In this document: piece by piece, positions 1 to 11,327 of the stretch
Layout: each line of letters begins with the position of its first letter
Numbering within the stretch: position 1 is the first letter of the stretch
The notes under the pieces: model-generated
What the model was told of the DNA's origin: nothing
Database searches by the model: none
What the model saw: only the letters and a program-made list of their open reading frames with translations
Translations under genes and position numbers: made by a program
Assembly (NCBI GenBank): GCA_004764695.1
Contig: SMSO01000032.1
Location: forward strand, 3,100,001 to 3,164,000
DNA length: 64,000 nucleotides
DNA from: Schizochytrium sp. TIO01
Taxonomy: Eukaryota > Protista > Bigyra: Labyrinthulomycetes
Reading direction: 5' to 3'

Positions 1-755
1 AACGCTGAACAAATTCTGGTGGTGATTGGACTATTATGAGTGAAGATATTGTTGTTGCAATACTGTTTTAATTTTAGTCTTTTTTTCGAATATTTCAACA
101 TGACAATGAGGTTTTTGTACCCTTGAAGCCACTAGCTATAAGCCGCAATAAGCTCAAATGCATCACACACTTAAGTTAACTTCATCTTTAAGAACATAGG
201 TTTATTTATTATATTTCCCTCTTTATAGCTCCTTAACATAATTATTTTAATTAAGCTCTTATTTATTTGTAGTTGTAGTCAACAATAAATAACAGATACT
301 CGCATGTGTAGAGAGATAGAAAACCGTAAATAAAATATACTACACAACCAAGCTTGAAGGGAGAATTTTCAATCAATATAGTTTTTTTATTTATTTGTAC
401 ATCTGAGCTGGTCGTGTGTATAATATACCGGTGAACTGTGTACTCCATATTTTTCAGCAGTCATAAAAGATAGTTTTTTATTTGCTTAAACACTTTGGAA
501 TATGGGGCGAATGCATTCATTAGACAACTTGTATAGAAATAGTCTAGAGGGCCAGGACATCTTTTAAATGAAAAGTAATTTTTTCTCTGGTTTTTTCTTG
601 ATATGAAATGTAAGCCGGGTGAATTCACAAGGCGTCTAGTATATAAACAACCGAGAGGGCTAAAGTCAGATCTAAATCCTTTTCTTCAAACAATACTTTA
701 AGCAAAGCTTTGGTGACGCAATGAATAAATAGCCTTTTACAAATCTGTCTATTAT

Positions 756-948
756 TATTGAAGTAATATACAGCTGCTGCCTAACCTAATCTAGCTTTCC
801 GGTCAGTTGGACTGCCATCATACATTCGTCTCTACCTGTATCCAGACCCGAAACCCCAATAACTCATGTATCATCTTCTTTCTCTTTCTCCTGAGTTTGC
901 CGTCCTTGTCAGACTACCTCTGCACGCTTCACAGCACAAGCTACTCTG
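756..948. repeat. Left arm of ~195-bp inverted repeat (partner 4611-4812)
   Basis: Its reverse complement (cagagtagcttgtg...ggcaaactcaggagaaagagaaagaagatgata...ggtctggatacagg...gctgtatattacttcaata) aligns with 4611-4812 with long exact blocks. Confidence 0.85.
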
Positions 949-1580
949 CAATAATTATTTAAAGCTCCACTCTATATCCCGGTCCATTTCTCTTGCTTAT
1001 TTGCTGAGGTACTCAGTCGAAGGGGGGAGTAAAGGGATTTCTTTAGAACTTCTAGCATACCATTGTAGCCTCGGTTCCAAACGATTATGTTATAAAGAGG
1101 ATCAGAACTAGACAACCAGGTGTGCTATTGTTAATAGAAGGAAACCACTAAGATTATACATGTGAGGTTATTATCGTAGTTGCGAGACAAGTTGCCCGTT
1201 AATTATGTGGAACATAGATAGTTTCCCCCCTTTATCTTCCAAGTCTACCATTAATCTCTGGCTGACCAGGAAATAGCTTTCAGCAGAAGTCAAGATCTGA
1301 AAGTGAAGAAACACACTTAACAGAATTACTCTAGTGAAGTATAAGTTAATGTTAAAGAGACAAGTCTACTAACCTCATCAGTTTCGTCTAATATAGATCA
1401 AGCATGTTTATGTATCCGCATTAGATTAATATACCTCTGAAATGAGTTTTTAGACGGTATATCGCAAACTCAAAAAGTCAAATTTTACTAATGATTCTTT
1501 AAATCTTTATTAACTCCCTTGACTTGTTCTTTTAGTCCACCTCTAGCTGACTAGATCTACCTCTCATTAATTGAAAGAGC

Positions 1581-2064
1581 TAGTGGACAAGACATTGCTA
1601 TAGTTCTTGGCGTCCTTTTTTGAAACCCTAGTAGACATAGGGCTTGCACAAAAGCAAGAACAGACAGCCAGATTCATGTGGCTGCCGGAGTCAAGAAGCA
1701 GAAGTGTGAATACACATTACCTACATCCAAGCATGGTGTAACTTGAATCGATACTTGTAGAAATTGAATCACCTAACCCCATCGATTATCTCTAGCACCT
1801 TTCAAGAAAATCTTAACCTCGTTAATTACTACATGAATCCATCTGTCCAGGAATTCATTCTCCAGGACAGCAGTTCGCTAACTCTTAAATCAATCTTCTT
1901 AAAGCCATCATCAGAAACCCTTGCCTTTGTTGAGGGGCTATAAAAAGGCGTGACTAATGACCACTCGTCAATACCTAGTATACCCCGGTCCCGTATATAT
2001 AGGTTATCTCTTGACAGCCTTCATCTTTACAGCCAACATCAAGTTGGCTAGAATCATCTTTCAG
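1581..2064 (+). repeat. Diverged direct repeat, copy 1 (partner 5359-5740)
   Basis: Colinear shared blocks: tagtggacaagacatt, gacataggg, tggtgtaacttgaatc, taattactacatgaatc, ttcttaaagcc, atctttcag. Confidence 0.8.
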
Positions 2065-4610
2065 TAGTAAGTAGACACTGCATTGATTGGAACCGGCCGG
2101 TGCCAAGACAAATGGTCAGAGATATGCACGAGATCCAGAATTGACGGAAATACAAGCTAAATGCCCTGTGTGTAATTCTGTTCTCCCTCTACTCTTAACG
2201 TTTATATGTTATTGTGAGAATGTTGATATTTCTGAACTAAACAAAACACGCTTTAAACATAGCGATGAATTTTTGCGCTTTAAAAAGTACTTTAAATTGT
2301 CAAAAAGACTTTTATGTAAGCAAAGGAAACTCACTATCATTTAAATGATATGATCCAGATTTTTTGCCGCCTCTTGAATGGGGTTAACTTTCAAGGTCAG
2401 TCGATTTTTTTCTTGTATGCGTTAGCTCTTTATTGTTGTATTGAACTCCTTTCAATAATCTTGACCTCATTTCCGCACAGTTCTTTTCCCTATGAGACTT
2501 ACTTCAATCGAAAACATCAGAAATCGTTTTATCTATCTTCAAAAGTTCCACTGACCAGCTTGACGACTCAATTGTCCTGACTCAGTAGGCTGTTTTTATA
2601 CAAGCTGCTTTATGAATGGGAGTATTCGCCTTACATTTCATATTGAGAGAAAAAAAGGAAAAACTTGAAGGTAAAGCCTCTTTAAAAAAAATTAAATTTG
2701 CTGCAAGGAAAGTTTAAAACATTATTGTTTTTGTTTTTTAACCCCCAAAGAATCTTCTTATCGTGCACGCTATTGTACTAAAGAAGTATCACACATCTTC
2801 AAAGAAGAAGCTCCACAGACAAAGCACGCCAAAATCACCCAGATTATCACTGCAAGTCAGGACACGACTTCTGAGCCTACATCAAGCTATCCTACGTTAC
2901 TCACACGAACTTAATTTTATCAAGGAGCTGTGACTACGTCGTCTTTGTTCACGTTCATTATCTAGTCTGGCCTCTCGAATTCCTTTACCCATGCGCCTGA
3001 TTCTTCAATTAACCAAGGCTCACGACGCAATCTAATTTAAGAGGAAGGGTATGGAAGCAACCGTATTATTGTTATGTGCATGATAATGATAGAGTACAAC
3101 AAGCTGGAGCTGCTATTCCTTTATAGAGATCATCAATCGCAAGAGGAGTATGGTAACTCTAGGAAAATCAAATAAAACCCAAGGACTCGATCATACGTTA
3201 AAGAAAACGCACGGTTTTAATTACTTATTATTTTTGAGACTTGTCAAGCTAGAGGGTAACTGAGAAAGGTGAAGATAATATTCTTGAGTGCTTAGTAAAA
3301 AGGTGATGTTTATGAGTTAACAAACTGCAATTTTTGGTATCCTATTTCAATGGTCACATTAGTTTGACCCATAAGATGCATGATGAATATAATTATTTCC
3401 TACGGATATTATGTAGAGAGTTAGGTTCTATGTAGATTCTCAACCATTATATCTGATTTTGGCTAGCTATATATTTGACAGTTATGCTTGTGTGATAAGC
3501 ACACGTCCAGTCGACGTGATAGATTCCCATCGATAAGGAAGGCATGCCCATTCTCTTATGCGTTAAATACTTATCATTTAAAGATTTATGTGTAAATGTC
3601 ATTCCTACGGTACTGACGATAGTGCTAAAAGCTAATCTTTGAGTAACCAAAGTTTGACTGAGCAGACGAAGCCGAGGAGCTTGGAAGATATGATAGGACT
3701 TGAGGAGACATTGTATGCCTGGGCATAAATGTATCAATATTTTGAACTTGGATATAAGCAAGCAGGTGGGTTGGTGCATTTTCTAACTAGGAGACCAAGA
3801 CTGTCTTAATGTGATATTATGCAGTGCTCAAGGGTTTAGATTGACTCGTTTCCTCAACCACTGATTCAAGCTATTCTTGAATGACCCCTTGATAATGCAG
3901 TAGGCTTTCACTCTTGAGTTCCCTTGGACATACCTTCGTCTCTGAAAGTCACATTCTTAATATGCATGAGCTTTAATAGTTCAGGATTAAAAATAATTTC
4001 ACAGATGGTTAGCAATGTACCGTGTCTTAGTGTTTACAAGTTTCATATAGGATTGGAAAGAGCCTTTACCTTATTATGTTAGCCTGTGCCTTCGATTGTT
4101 GATCTCAATAACTTCTTTATGTATATTTCCCACACATGCATAAAAAACAGATATACGGGTCGTCGAATCAATAATTGTTGATGGAGAATTTACGCTTCTT
4201 TATATCCTAAGGGCTGACTAAGTTCTTAATGCGTCATATATACATATAAGATCTAAAATTGGGTCAGCAGATTGTTAACTTGCAATAGTTTTGAATCTCC
4301 TCTCTTTTCAAAAGCCTTTTCATTGGTACTCAAGTTTCTTTCCCGCACCTTGGATAGTCAACCACCAGCGCGACAATCACCTATTTTTAGTAGTTCTAAA
4401 AGAAATATCAGAGAGCCAATTGGGTGTAGGTGGTATGAAAAAGGCAAAGAAAAATGAATTGTTCAGATTAAAACAGGGGCTATTTAAAAGCAGTATGACT
4501 CCTTCTCTACTATCGACTTGTATCATATCGTAAGTTTCGCGATATGGTGATGAGATCGAAATGCCTTTTGCTTGATGGATTGCTTGATGGTTTCCCTCCT
4601 GTTTTTTTTA

Positions 4611-4812
4611 CAGAGTAGCTTGTGTTGTAAAGTGTGCAGAGGTAATCTGACAAGGATGGCAAACTCAGGAGAAAGAGAAAGAAGATGATATTCGAGTTAT
4701 TGGGGTTTCTGGTCTGGATACAGGCAGGATGAATGTATTATGTCAGTCCAATAGACATGAGGTGTTAGACGGAAGAGCTAGGTCAGACACTTGGCTGTAT
4801 ATTACTTCAATA
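4611..4812. repeat. Right arm of inverted repeat (partner 756-948)
   Basis: By-eye alignment to the reverse complement of 756-948. Confidence 0.85.
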
Positions 4813-5358
4813 CTTTTTAAACAAGTCACGAACACAACTCCTGTAGGGCTTTACACATCTACGTGCATACAGAAATAAAAAAAACTGCTCGTAGAATTAT
4901 TAGTTTTCCTGCCCCCCCCCTTTTCCAGAGGAAAAAGACAGGTACAGAACCTACTTCAATTGCAAAACAACCAATAAAAAGCAAATGATAAAGCAAACCA
5001 GGAATTTCTAGAAGAACAACTTGAATATAATTCGAACATTAGGTACTTGAATATTTATCAGTGACTCAGTTGCTGTAGAAGATAAATGTGATGAGTGGTG
5101 TTCTTCACCCCCTTTGTGCCCGAAGAAAGAATACTTTTACATACTTTCTATACTGGTGGTCGTGTACTTTTGATTGAGAAATACTAAATAAAAAGGATTT
5201 CCATTTCTGGTCTGGGCTGTCTGGAAGGTGCTACATCAATTCTGGGGTCCTCGCTATAGAGAAGAATACACAAACACATAAATTTCAAGCTTGTAGTGGT
5301 GACTCGTAAAACAAAATTATCTTTCGTAGATTGGCCTGAAATAAAGATTTCTAAACTA

Positions 5359-5740
5359 TAGTGGACAAGACATTTTGCTAGAGTTTTGCACATCCCTTTG
5401 TAGAGGCCTCGTGGACATAGGGCCTGCAATAGAGCAGAACTAGATAATCAGACCTACGTGGTTGAGAAGCCAAGAACCAAAAGTGAGACTACACATTTCC
5501 TAGAGCGAAGTCGCGTATGGTGTAACTTGAATCAATAACTGAAGAGGCTGACTTAACCTAGCCCCTTCAATTCTATCTAACGCAGTTTAAGAGTGTCTTA
5601 GCCTTCTAATTACTACATGAATCAGTCTGCCTTGGAATTTATTTCATAAGTACAGCAAAATCATCCTTCTTAAAGCCTTCATCAAAACTCTTGCCTTCAT
5701 CTTCCTAGCCAACCTCCAGCTAATCATGTTTATCTTTCAG
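5359..5740 (+). repeat. Diverged direct repeat, copy 2 (partner 1581-2064)
   Basis: Same colinear blocks as 1581-2064; no intact ORF. Confidence 0.8.
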
Positions 5741-7040
5741 GAACGATAGGTATCAATACCTATTTGCCTGCCAAAATATAGGTAGTTGCATATTTAAAAA
5801 GTTTATTGCGTTTGTGCATTCAATATTATAAACGCTTTGGTTGCGAACACAAAAAAAGAGTTAATTTTTTTTTGTCTGTTTTTTAGAACAAGAGAACAAG
5901 AGAAAAGTTAAATGAATATTTTTGTATCCGTCTTTACGTGACGCTCGCTGCGTTTAAAAGGGCCGGTAAGAAGATAGGGCGGACTTAACCCCTTAGTTTA
6001 GTTTGGCTTGAGTTTTTTTTACCAAGTCTTGAAAAAAAAAAAAAACTTAAAGGAGTTGCCTCTGACAAGTGCGAGTAGTGTCATCACAACTGAGGGTTGT
6101 TTGAGTATTAAGCAGGCTAAGTGTGCTACCGAGGGGTTTTGAGCTCACTGCCAACCTTGTTATTATCATTGCTGGGATATGTTGACTTGTTGTTTGACTT
6201 AAGTGTTTGACTTGAGTAAAAGGATTGGTCATGTTATTGCGAGTGTTAGTAAAGCAAGATTAAACAAGATAGACAAAAAAAGGTTAAAAAACTAATAAAT
6301 AAATAAAATAAGAAGACTAGGTAGGTATCGATCATCCTGATGTTAATGCTATTTACCGCTAACATTCACACGCCTTCTGCTGCTACTACTACTATTACTA
6401 CTACTATTGGAGAGATTTTATTACCTTACTTATACCTGTTCTACTCTTACATTAAAATCACTCACTCCTTATACCAAAAGGATCAATAGGGTACTTGGGT
6501 TTTAATCGACTCTCACTACTAATAGTCACAGATAAAGAGGTAAGATCTCTTAGCTTGGGTACGAAGGTAGGTATAGAGTAAAAAGAAAAAGAAAGAGAAA
6601 TGAAACTTGAGACAGCAAAACTTGAACGACTTGAACTTTATCAATACCAGGGTACGTACAAGGCATCATCGCAAGCAAGGCACGCAATGCAGTCAGACCT
6701 GTGATCGCTGGGTCGCGGACCAGTACAAAGCTGATAATATCTCTCAACTACACCTATAAATTGAAAGAAGAGAAGCTTAAGCTTAGATTGAAGAGGTTGT
6801 CATGTCCTGCAAACTCTGGGAATCCTGATGTTGCCAAGCTGCTTGAACGGTGAGCGGAACGAGTCGAAGCTAAGGAATCATAGATTGGGGGACGAGAAAG
6901 AGGATTGGGTGGGGGAGAAAGGTTATGCCCCGAGGCAATACGTCTAAAGTCCAGTAACAACTAACTTAACAGCTGTCTATCTCTTCAATGTTACTGATAA
7001 TAATCCCTTCGTGCAATATTTAGAAACTGAGCAATTCAGG

Positions 7041-7514
7041 ATGAGCGGACGTGCGGTGTGTATTCTTCGCAGTGGTGATGGTATCGAGGGTACGATCGAG
7101 TTTGCGAGCAGTGGCTCTGCAACGAAAGTGACCGGCAGAGTATCTGGACTTACACCTGGCAAACATGGTTTCCACATCCACATGTGGGGAGACCTCACGA
7201 ATGGATGCGCATCTACAGGCGGTCACTTCAATCCAGCTGGAAAGCAACACGGAGGTCCTACTGACGAGAATCGCCATGCTGGAGATCTCGGTAATATTGT
7301 TGCTGACGCCTCTGGAACGGCAATGGTTGATATCACTGATGTTCAAATCCCTTTGGCCGGGCCCAACTCTATCATTGGGCGCGCTGTTGTCGTTCATGCC
7401 GGTGAAGATGATTTGGGAAACGGCAACGACGAAGAGTCACTGAAGACTGGAAATGCCGGCGGTCGCGTTGCCTGTGGCATTGTCGCTCTAACTCCACAGC
7501 CCTCGACCATGTAA
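7041..7514 (+). CDS. SOD1: Cu/Zn superoxide dismutase (157 aa from first ATG)
   Basis: [51 protein letters not shown]; metal ligands and disulfide Cys present. Confidence 0.97.
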   Translation: MSGRAVCILRSGDGIEGTIEFASSGSATKVTGRVSGLTPGKHGFHIHMWGDLTNGCASTGGHFNPAGKQHGGPTDENRHAGDLGNIVADASGTAMVDITDVQIPLAGPNSIIGRAVVVHAGEDDLGNGNDEESLKTGNAGGRVACGIVALTPQPSTM

Positions 7515-8082
7515 TCGTTGGTCCCAATCCGAACACCTCGGCTTGCTTTCTTAAAATTTTTAGATTGAGAGCCTCGATGGACCCTAATGAAGTCCCCAAA
7601 TGCAGAGGCCACGCACGAAAATGAATGCTAAAGGCCTTAGCAATTTCTTTCTCATTTTTATACATCAATAAATGAAATGAAGGAATGTATCTATCTATTA
7701 AATTGAAATGCATTAGCACTCAGGAAGTGTATTAGTAAGGGATTGCATAACATTTGAAATAGTTGCTCTTGTTGCGATGTTGTGAATTGTGCTTGCTATA
7801 CTTGGTAATCATTGTATGTGGGAAGACTATGTCCCAAAGCTTCATCGGGCGTGGCTTGGCATCAGTTCAAAATTTGAGTTTTAGGAGACTATATCGATAG
7901 TTTTGATACGTTCAAGTGCTTCTTAGAATGATCATGTGCGAAGAGACGCCTTTGACTAAAATAGGTAGTCGAAGTGCCTACCTCATAGTCTAAGGGTCTA
8001 GGATACCTACCTACTATGATTATAAAAATAAAAAGATTAAAAAAGGAGAAAAAAAAAAGTGCCAGCCATAAAAAACTGTGGA

Positions 8083-8153
8083 TGCCTTCGCGCGGAATCG
8101 AACCACGGTCGTCACGGCCACAACGTGACGTTCTACCATTGAACTACGAAAGC
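8083..8153 (-). tRNA. tRNA-His (GTG)
   Basis: Cloverleaf: acceptor GCTTTCG/CGAAGGC, anticodon arm TCACG-TT GTG GC-CGTGA, TTCGATT T-loop, downstream T-run. Confidence 0.96.
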
Positions 8154-8542
8154 TATTTACCTGCGTTGATATATCAATGCACATGATAGTAAATATATAA
8201 AATATAACAACATTCATGTACAATTGGTGTTCCGATGTGGAATACCGAAAAATAAACTTTAAATAACTAAGTAGTACAAGGATTCTTACTCAATGCTTTT
8301 ATATCTTGAAGGGAAAGCAGTTTTGTTCCCTATCAAAGACCCTTACATGTCCAAATTTTCATATATTGATCAGACAAAAACGGAAAGAAGTTCAGAATTT
8401 TATTGGAATCTTCAAGGGAAGTTTAAAATGTATATATATATATATATATGCGTGATCTACCAAAACAAAATGTGTCGCGAGATAAAGCACAGATTCCAAC
8501 AACCCCATCATTAATTCAGCACACTTTATTACCTAAAAGATG

Positions 8543-10834
8543 CTAAAAGACATCAAACGCATGCCCCATTTCATCCGAGGTTGGCTGGAAAAGCTTGTGG
8601 CATTCACGAGAGTTTGTAAATGCTTCTACATCAAAATATGAGGTATCTGATGCTGACTTGATCTGTGGTGTCCAGGGGGGGGTAATTTCTAAAAGTCGAA
8701 GACGCGTAAAGTCAATGTCCTCGAAAAATGCCTTCGCCGGCTCATTACCTTCTTTCAAATGAATTAGTTGAATGCGCGTGTTTGGATTTGCATCCCATAA
8801 ACGTAGGAACATTGCACGTACATGTGTGAGTTGCTCTGGGGTTTCATTTGCAAACGCACGTTGCAAAAGACGCCAGTCAACGCTTCTAGGCCCATTGATA
8901 ATTCTCTTAAATACGGTCATTTGGTTTCCTTGACCTGATGGATCAGCAAATGGTGAAAACTGAGTTAGCATCTCAAACATAAGCACGCCGAGCGCCCAGC
9001 AGTCCACGGCCTGATCATGACCCTTGCGCATGACTGCTTCAGGCGCAAGATAGTCAGGTGTGCCACACAAGGTGTTGGTAAAGGTGCCCGGACCAAGCTG
9101 TTTGGCAAAGCCGAAGTCAATAATTTTGACATAACCTTCGCTGGATATAATCAAGTTCTCCAGTTTGAGATCACGATAAGCAATATGTTTCCTATGTAGA
9201 TATGACAGACCTTCCAAGATGCAAGCAGCATAGAATTTAACACTTCGTGGAGAGAGTCCACCTTTGCTATCTACAACTTGGGAGAAGAGCTCTCCACCTT
9301 GGACAAGCTCAAGGAGCATGTAGATATGGTTTGGAGTTTGGAATGTGCGAATAAGAGAGAGAATGAAAGGGTGCGAGGATTTTTCGAGAATCGCCCGCTC
9401 ATTTTTCACATGCATGATCTGGTTGCGCTCTGCGAGATCCTGCTTATTCATAGTCTTGAGTGCAAATGCAATAGAGTCGCTCCCCTTTATTGTTGCAAGG
9501 CGCACGACTGAGAAAGCTCCTTCCCCAATTACATGCTGGACTTTAAGAGCAGGAAGGCCATACAATCTCGACGCAAGGTCGTTGCGTTCATTACGGAACA
9601 TAGCCTCATGGTTATCTTGTTTGCGGAGCTCAGATTTGGAGGTAATACGGCTATATACTGATTTACTACCGCTGACAATTTGCACAAAGGCGCTTCGGGT
9701 CAGTGTAAAGCATACAGTTCTTTCCAAGGCAAAGACAGTTGCGCTACGAGGTTCGTTGCTAATGAGTGCCATCTCACCAAACCATTGACCTTTGCCCAAA
9801 GTAGCAACTTTTTCCTGGGTTGGACCAGGCAATGGAGGGGGTAATGGGAGATTACGGCTCGTGCCTGCCGACGTTACCTCAGAATCATCGTCGGAGGAAC
9901 TTTCCTCGTCGTCGCTCTCCTCTAAGTCTCCAGATGGCACTATTTCGCTGAGGCGGGCTGAGCTTAAAGGGGTCGAGGATATTTTTTCGCTAACCCTCGC
10001 AGCGAGTTTATAGAGTGCATCCAAATCGTCTTGAGGGACCGGTACTTCTATCTCGCCTGGTGCTATTAGATCATCATTCACACTTACCGGGGCTGTGGCC
10101 GCAACGGTTACATAGACATCCACACATCCATCAGCAATGACATAAAATCGGTCGTTGACGCCTGTGATGAGACATTCACCTTCACTACAAATTGAGGTTC
10201 CAGCATCAAAAACCTCCTCTTGCATTGTTGAAGCTAGTCGTCGCAGTTTGGCTTCCTCAAATTTCTCGAATTCGGGGATCCCAGACAGAATTTTCGCGCG
10301 CTTTTCGAGTTTCTCTGCCATAAATGTACCTTCCAATTCCCGAAGGACAGAACGCGTGAGGCACCAAATACGTGTGCCACTCTGGTGTGCTGTCACCGTA
10401 GCCGCGCGCGGCGAGTCATAAAGAACTGCCAGCTCACCAAAGACTCTGCCGCAACCAAGTGTATCAATTGTGTTTGGACCAGAAGAAGAATTAGTCACAT
10501 GAAGTTCACCACACTCTACTATATACATACTGTCCCCGATATCACCCTCCTGAACGATGGTCTCACCTGGCTGAGGGTTTAACAGAAACATTCGTTGTGC
10601 TACACGCTGGATCTTGCTGGCTTCTGTGCCTGCGAACAGGAAGTGTTTCAGTAGAACGGACTCAAGGCCATCCCATTGGGGTGTGGTAGAGGGTTTTAAC
10701 TTGGCATGCGGACTTGTTGGATGCCGGCCTTGATTTAACTGTGACTCCTGTGTAAATTTGTAGTGGTCCACAGTGTTGTTCGAGCCATTTCCTACATTGT
10801 GATCTTGTGAAGGACTCATCTTCGTTTGAGCCAT
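8543..10834 (-). CDS. PKG: cGMP-dependent protein kinase-like AGC kinase (2 cNMP-binding domains + kinase), 763 aa
   Basis: FGELAVLYDSPRAATV and FGEMALISNEPRSATV cNMP cassettes; kinase motifs GEGAFS, ALK, YRDLKLEN, DFG, CGTPDYLAPE; AGC tail PPWTP...DTSYFD. Confidence 0.92.
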   Translation of the reverse strand: MAQTKMSPSQDHNVGNGSNNTVDHYKFTQESQLNQGRHPTSPHAKLKPSTTPQWDGLESVLLKHFLFAGTEASKIQRVAQRMFLLNPQPGETIVQEGDIGDSMYIVECGELHVTNSSSGPNTIDTLGCGRVFGELAVLYDSPRAATVTAHQSGTRIWCLTRSVLRELEGTFMAEKLEKRAKILSGIPEFEKFEEAKLRRLASTMQEEVFDAGTSICSEGECLITGVNDRFYVIADGCVDVYVTVAATAPVSVNDDLIAPGEIEVPVPQDDLDALYKLAARVSEKISSTPLSSARLSEIVPSGDLEESDDEESSSDDDSEVTSAGTSRNLPLPPPLPGPTQEKVATLGKGQWFGEMALISNEPRSATVFALERTVCFTLTRSAFVQIVSGSKSVYSRITSKSELRKQDNHEAMFRNERNDLASRLYGLPALKVQHVIGEGAFSVVRLATIKGSDSIAFALKTMNKQDLAERNQIMHVKNERAILEKSSHPFILSLIRTFQTPNHIYMLLELVQGGELFSQVVDSKGGLSPRSVKFYAACILEGLSYLHRKHIAYRDLKLENLIISSEGYVKIIDFGFAKQLGPGTFTNTLCGTPDYLAPEAVMRKGHDQAVDCWALGVLMFEMLTQFSPFADPSGQGNQMTVFKRIINGPRSVDWRLLQRAFANETPEQLTHVRAMFLRLWDANPNTRIQLIHLKEGNEPAKAFFEDIDFTRLRLLEITPPWTPQIKSASDTSYFDVEAFTNSRECHKLFQPTSDEMGHAFDVF

Positions 10835-11199
10835 AATTTTCTCTTAAGGTTGCAGGGCACAAGCTCGTTAGAAGTTGTAAAAGCCTTGTGCAATCCTCTT
10901 TATCTCTATCCGGTCTGTTCACGTTAATGAAGATTCAATTAATTGTACAGCGACCTGTTGCGTTGCCTCAAGTTTGCTAAGTGGTCTTCTTGCTGCGTTT
11001 CCTGATCAACTTCGTAACTTTACCACTTCTTCTTCGGAGTCGAACGCCACTTATATAACGGAGAGTGCACGTACACAACAAGTCTGGGTGGCCCTTCTTT
11101 CTGACTGGCCCTTCTTCCTGGCTGGGTCGTTAGAATTTGCGGAGAGCGTGTACCACGCACAATCACCGCAGAGGAGCGATATAGCCTGGGTAACCTTTC

Positions 11200-11327
11200 C
11201 TGAGAAAATTAAACAACTAAAGATAGTCCGACAAACAGACAGAAAGAAAGAAGGAAGAGAAAGAAAGGAAGAAAGAAAGGAAGGAAGGAAGAAAGAAAGA
11301 AGGGAAAGGAGCAAGGGAAGAACCTAC
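11200..11327 (-). other. Probable 5'-UTR intron of the PKG gene containing a (CTTT/CTTC)n pyrimidine microsatellite
   Basis: Donor AAC|GTAGGT at 11327, acceptor TTTTCTCAG at 11200; an in-frame TAA lies just upstream of the PKG ATG. Confidence 0.5.

Noticed and set aside
731-746. GCCTTTTAC matching U5 snRNA loop 1
   Set aside because: The flanks do not form the U5 stem, and no other U5 structure is evident.
8083-8154. tRNA-His lacks an encoded G-1
   Set aside because: Normal for eukaryotes, where Thg1 adds it post-transcriptionally.
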